A stretch of DNA of 32,000 nucleotides from an archaeon GW2011_AR10. Its GTDB lineage: Archaea; Iainarchaeota; Iainarchaeia; Iainarchaeales; GW2011-AR10. A model generated the notes under the pieces. The model saw only the letters and a program-made list of their open reading frames with translations. It did no database searches and was not told the origin of the DNA. The DNA is taken from NCBI GenBank assembly GCA_000830275.1, contig CP010424.1, positions 600,001 through 632,000 of the forward strand, in the 5' to 3' direction. A program made the position numbers and the translations under genes. Positions 31,603-32,000 of this stretch are shown here, piece after piece (the stretch's first letter is position 1; every line of letters begins with the position of its first letter).

Positions 31603-32000
31603 ATGCTTGAGTTCTTTGAAGGCAGAGAATGGATGAAAGAATTTGAATCTGTTCTAAGGCAGAACAACTATGAAAAAGGGGTTAAGGGGTTTGTTAGGAG
31701 TGCAACAGTGCAGGGGGCAGTGCTTTTTCTTTTCACATTCAGCGCGCTACTGCTCACAGGACAAAATGAAGTATACATAATTGTTTTTTCTTTTGCAGCT
31801 TTTCTCGCTCCAGGAACTCTGAATTACTTATTCCAGCTCTTTGTTTTCGATTTGAGGAGGAAAAAAATTGAGGAATTGGTTCCTGATTTGCTGCTGCAGG
31901 CATCAATGCTTCCAGCAGGCACATCGCTTGAAAAAGCAATAGAGCGTTTTTCAAAGGCAGACTACGGCGAACTCAGCAGGGAATTCAGGAGAGCGCATGA
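31603..32000 (+). CDS. Second T2SSF-domain platform protein (FlaJ/TadC-like), 3' end outside the window; not in the ORF track
   Basis: The frame from ATG 31603 stays open to the window end (132 codons). MLEFFEGREW..., TM segments, then VPDLLLQASMLPAGTSLEKAIERFSKADYGELSREFRRAH, which looks like the start of a T2SSF domain. Confidence 0.6.
   Translation, partial: MLEFFEGREWMKEFESVLRQNNYEKGVKGFVRSATVQGAVLFLFTFSALLLTGQNEVYIIVFSFAAFLAPGTLNYLFQLFVFDLRRKKIEELVPDLLLQASMLPAGTSLEKAIERFSKADYGELSREFRRAH

Overview
This 32-kb window looks like a compact archaeal genome, possibly a small-genome DPANN-type lineage. That lineage call is inference only. Evidence for archaea: a geranylgeranyl-reductase fragment, an archaeal-style cis-prenyltransferase, a DUF1616-like membrane protein, FlaI/FlaJ-like secretion genes, AT-rich TATA-like promoters, many ATGA/GTGA/TTGA start-stop overlaps, and a tRNA-Gln with no encoded CCA. 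GC content appears moderate to low by eye.

Content from left to right:
1. 1-2660: end of a GGR gene, an OB-fold protein, and an intact tRNA-Gln(CUG). The 3' end of that tRNA is duplicated 1.1 kb away, bracketing a small integrase-less islet that carries a wHTH + RelE-like pair and a tiny membrane protein. Two copies of a hairpin-rich repeat of about 81+ bp also lie here.
2. 2666-7800: housekeeping and hypothetical genes. These include a KaiC-like protein without a P-loop, an acidic-repeat DUF4382 lipoprotein, uppS, DUF192, a methyltransferase and a Zn-ribbon miniprotein.
3. 7837-26280: a glycan biosynthesis cluster of about 18.5 kb. It holds an extended SDR, an RfbH/ColD-like 3-dehydratase, 3 GT4, 3 GT2 (one fused to a membrane domain), 3 SAM methyltransferases, an LbH acetyltransferase, a Wzx-like flippase and large polytopic membrane proteins.
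4. 26540-32000: a type IV pilus / archaeal Tad-like locus. It holds a 646-aa surface protein with a pilin-like N-terminus, a hypothetical protein, a FlaI/VirB11-type ATPase and two T2SSF-domain platform genes.

The most unusual points:
- The att-like tRNA duplication.
- The repeat family, one derivative of which sits in frame inside the pilus ATPase gene.
- Matching 16-bp TCAATTGA-core palindromes in front of two unrelated operons.
- The lack of a canonical start codon for the conserved-looking N-terminus of the ATPase.

All product calls come from motif recognition by eye. No database search was possible.
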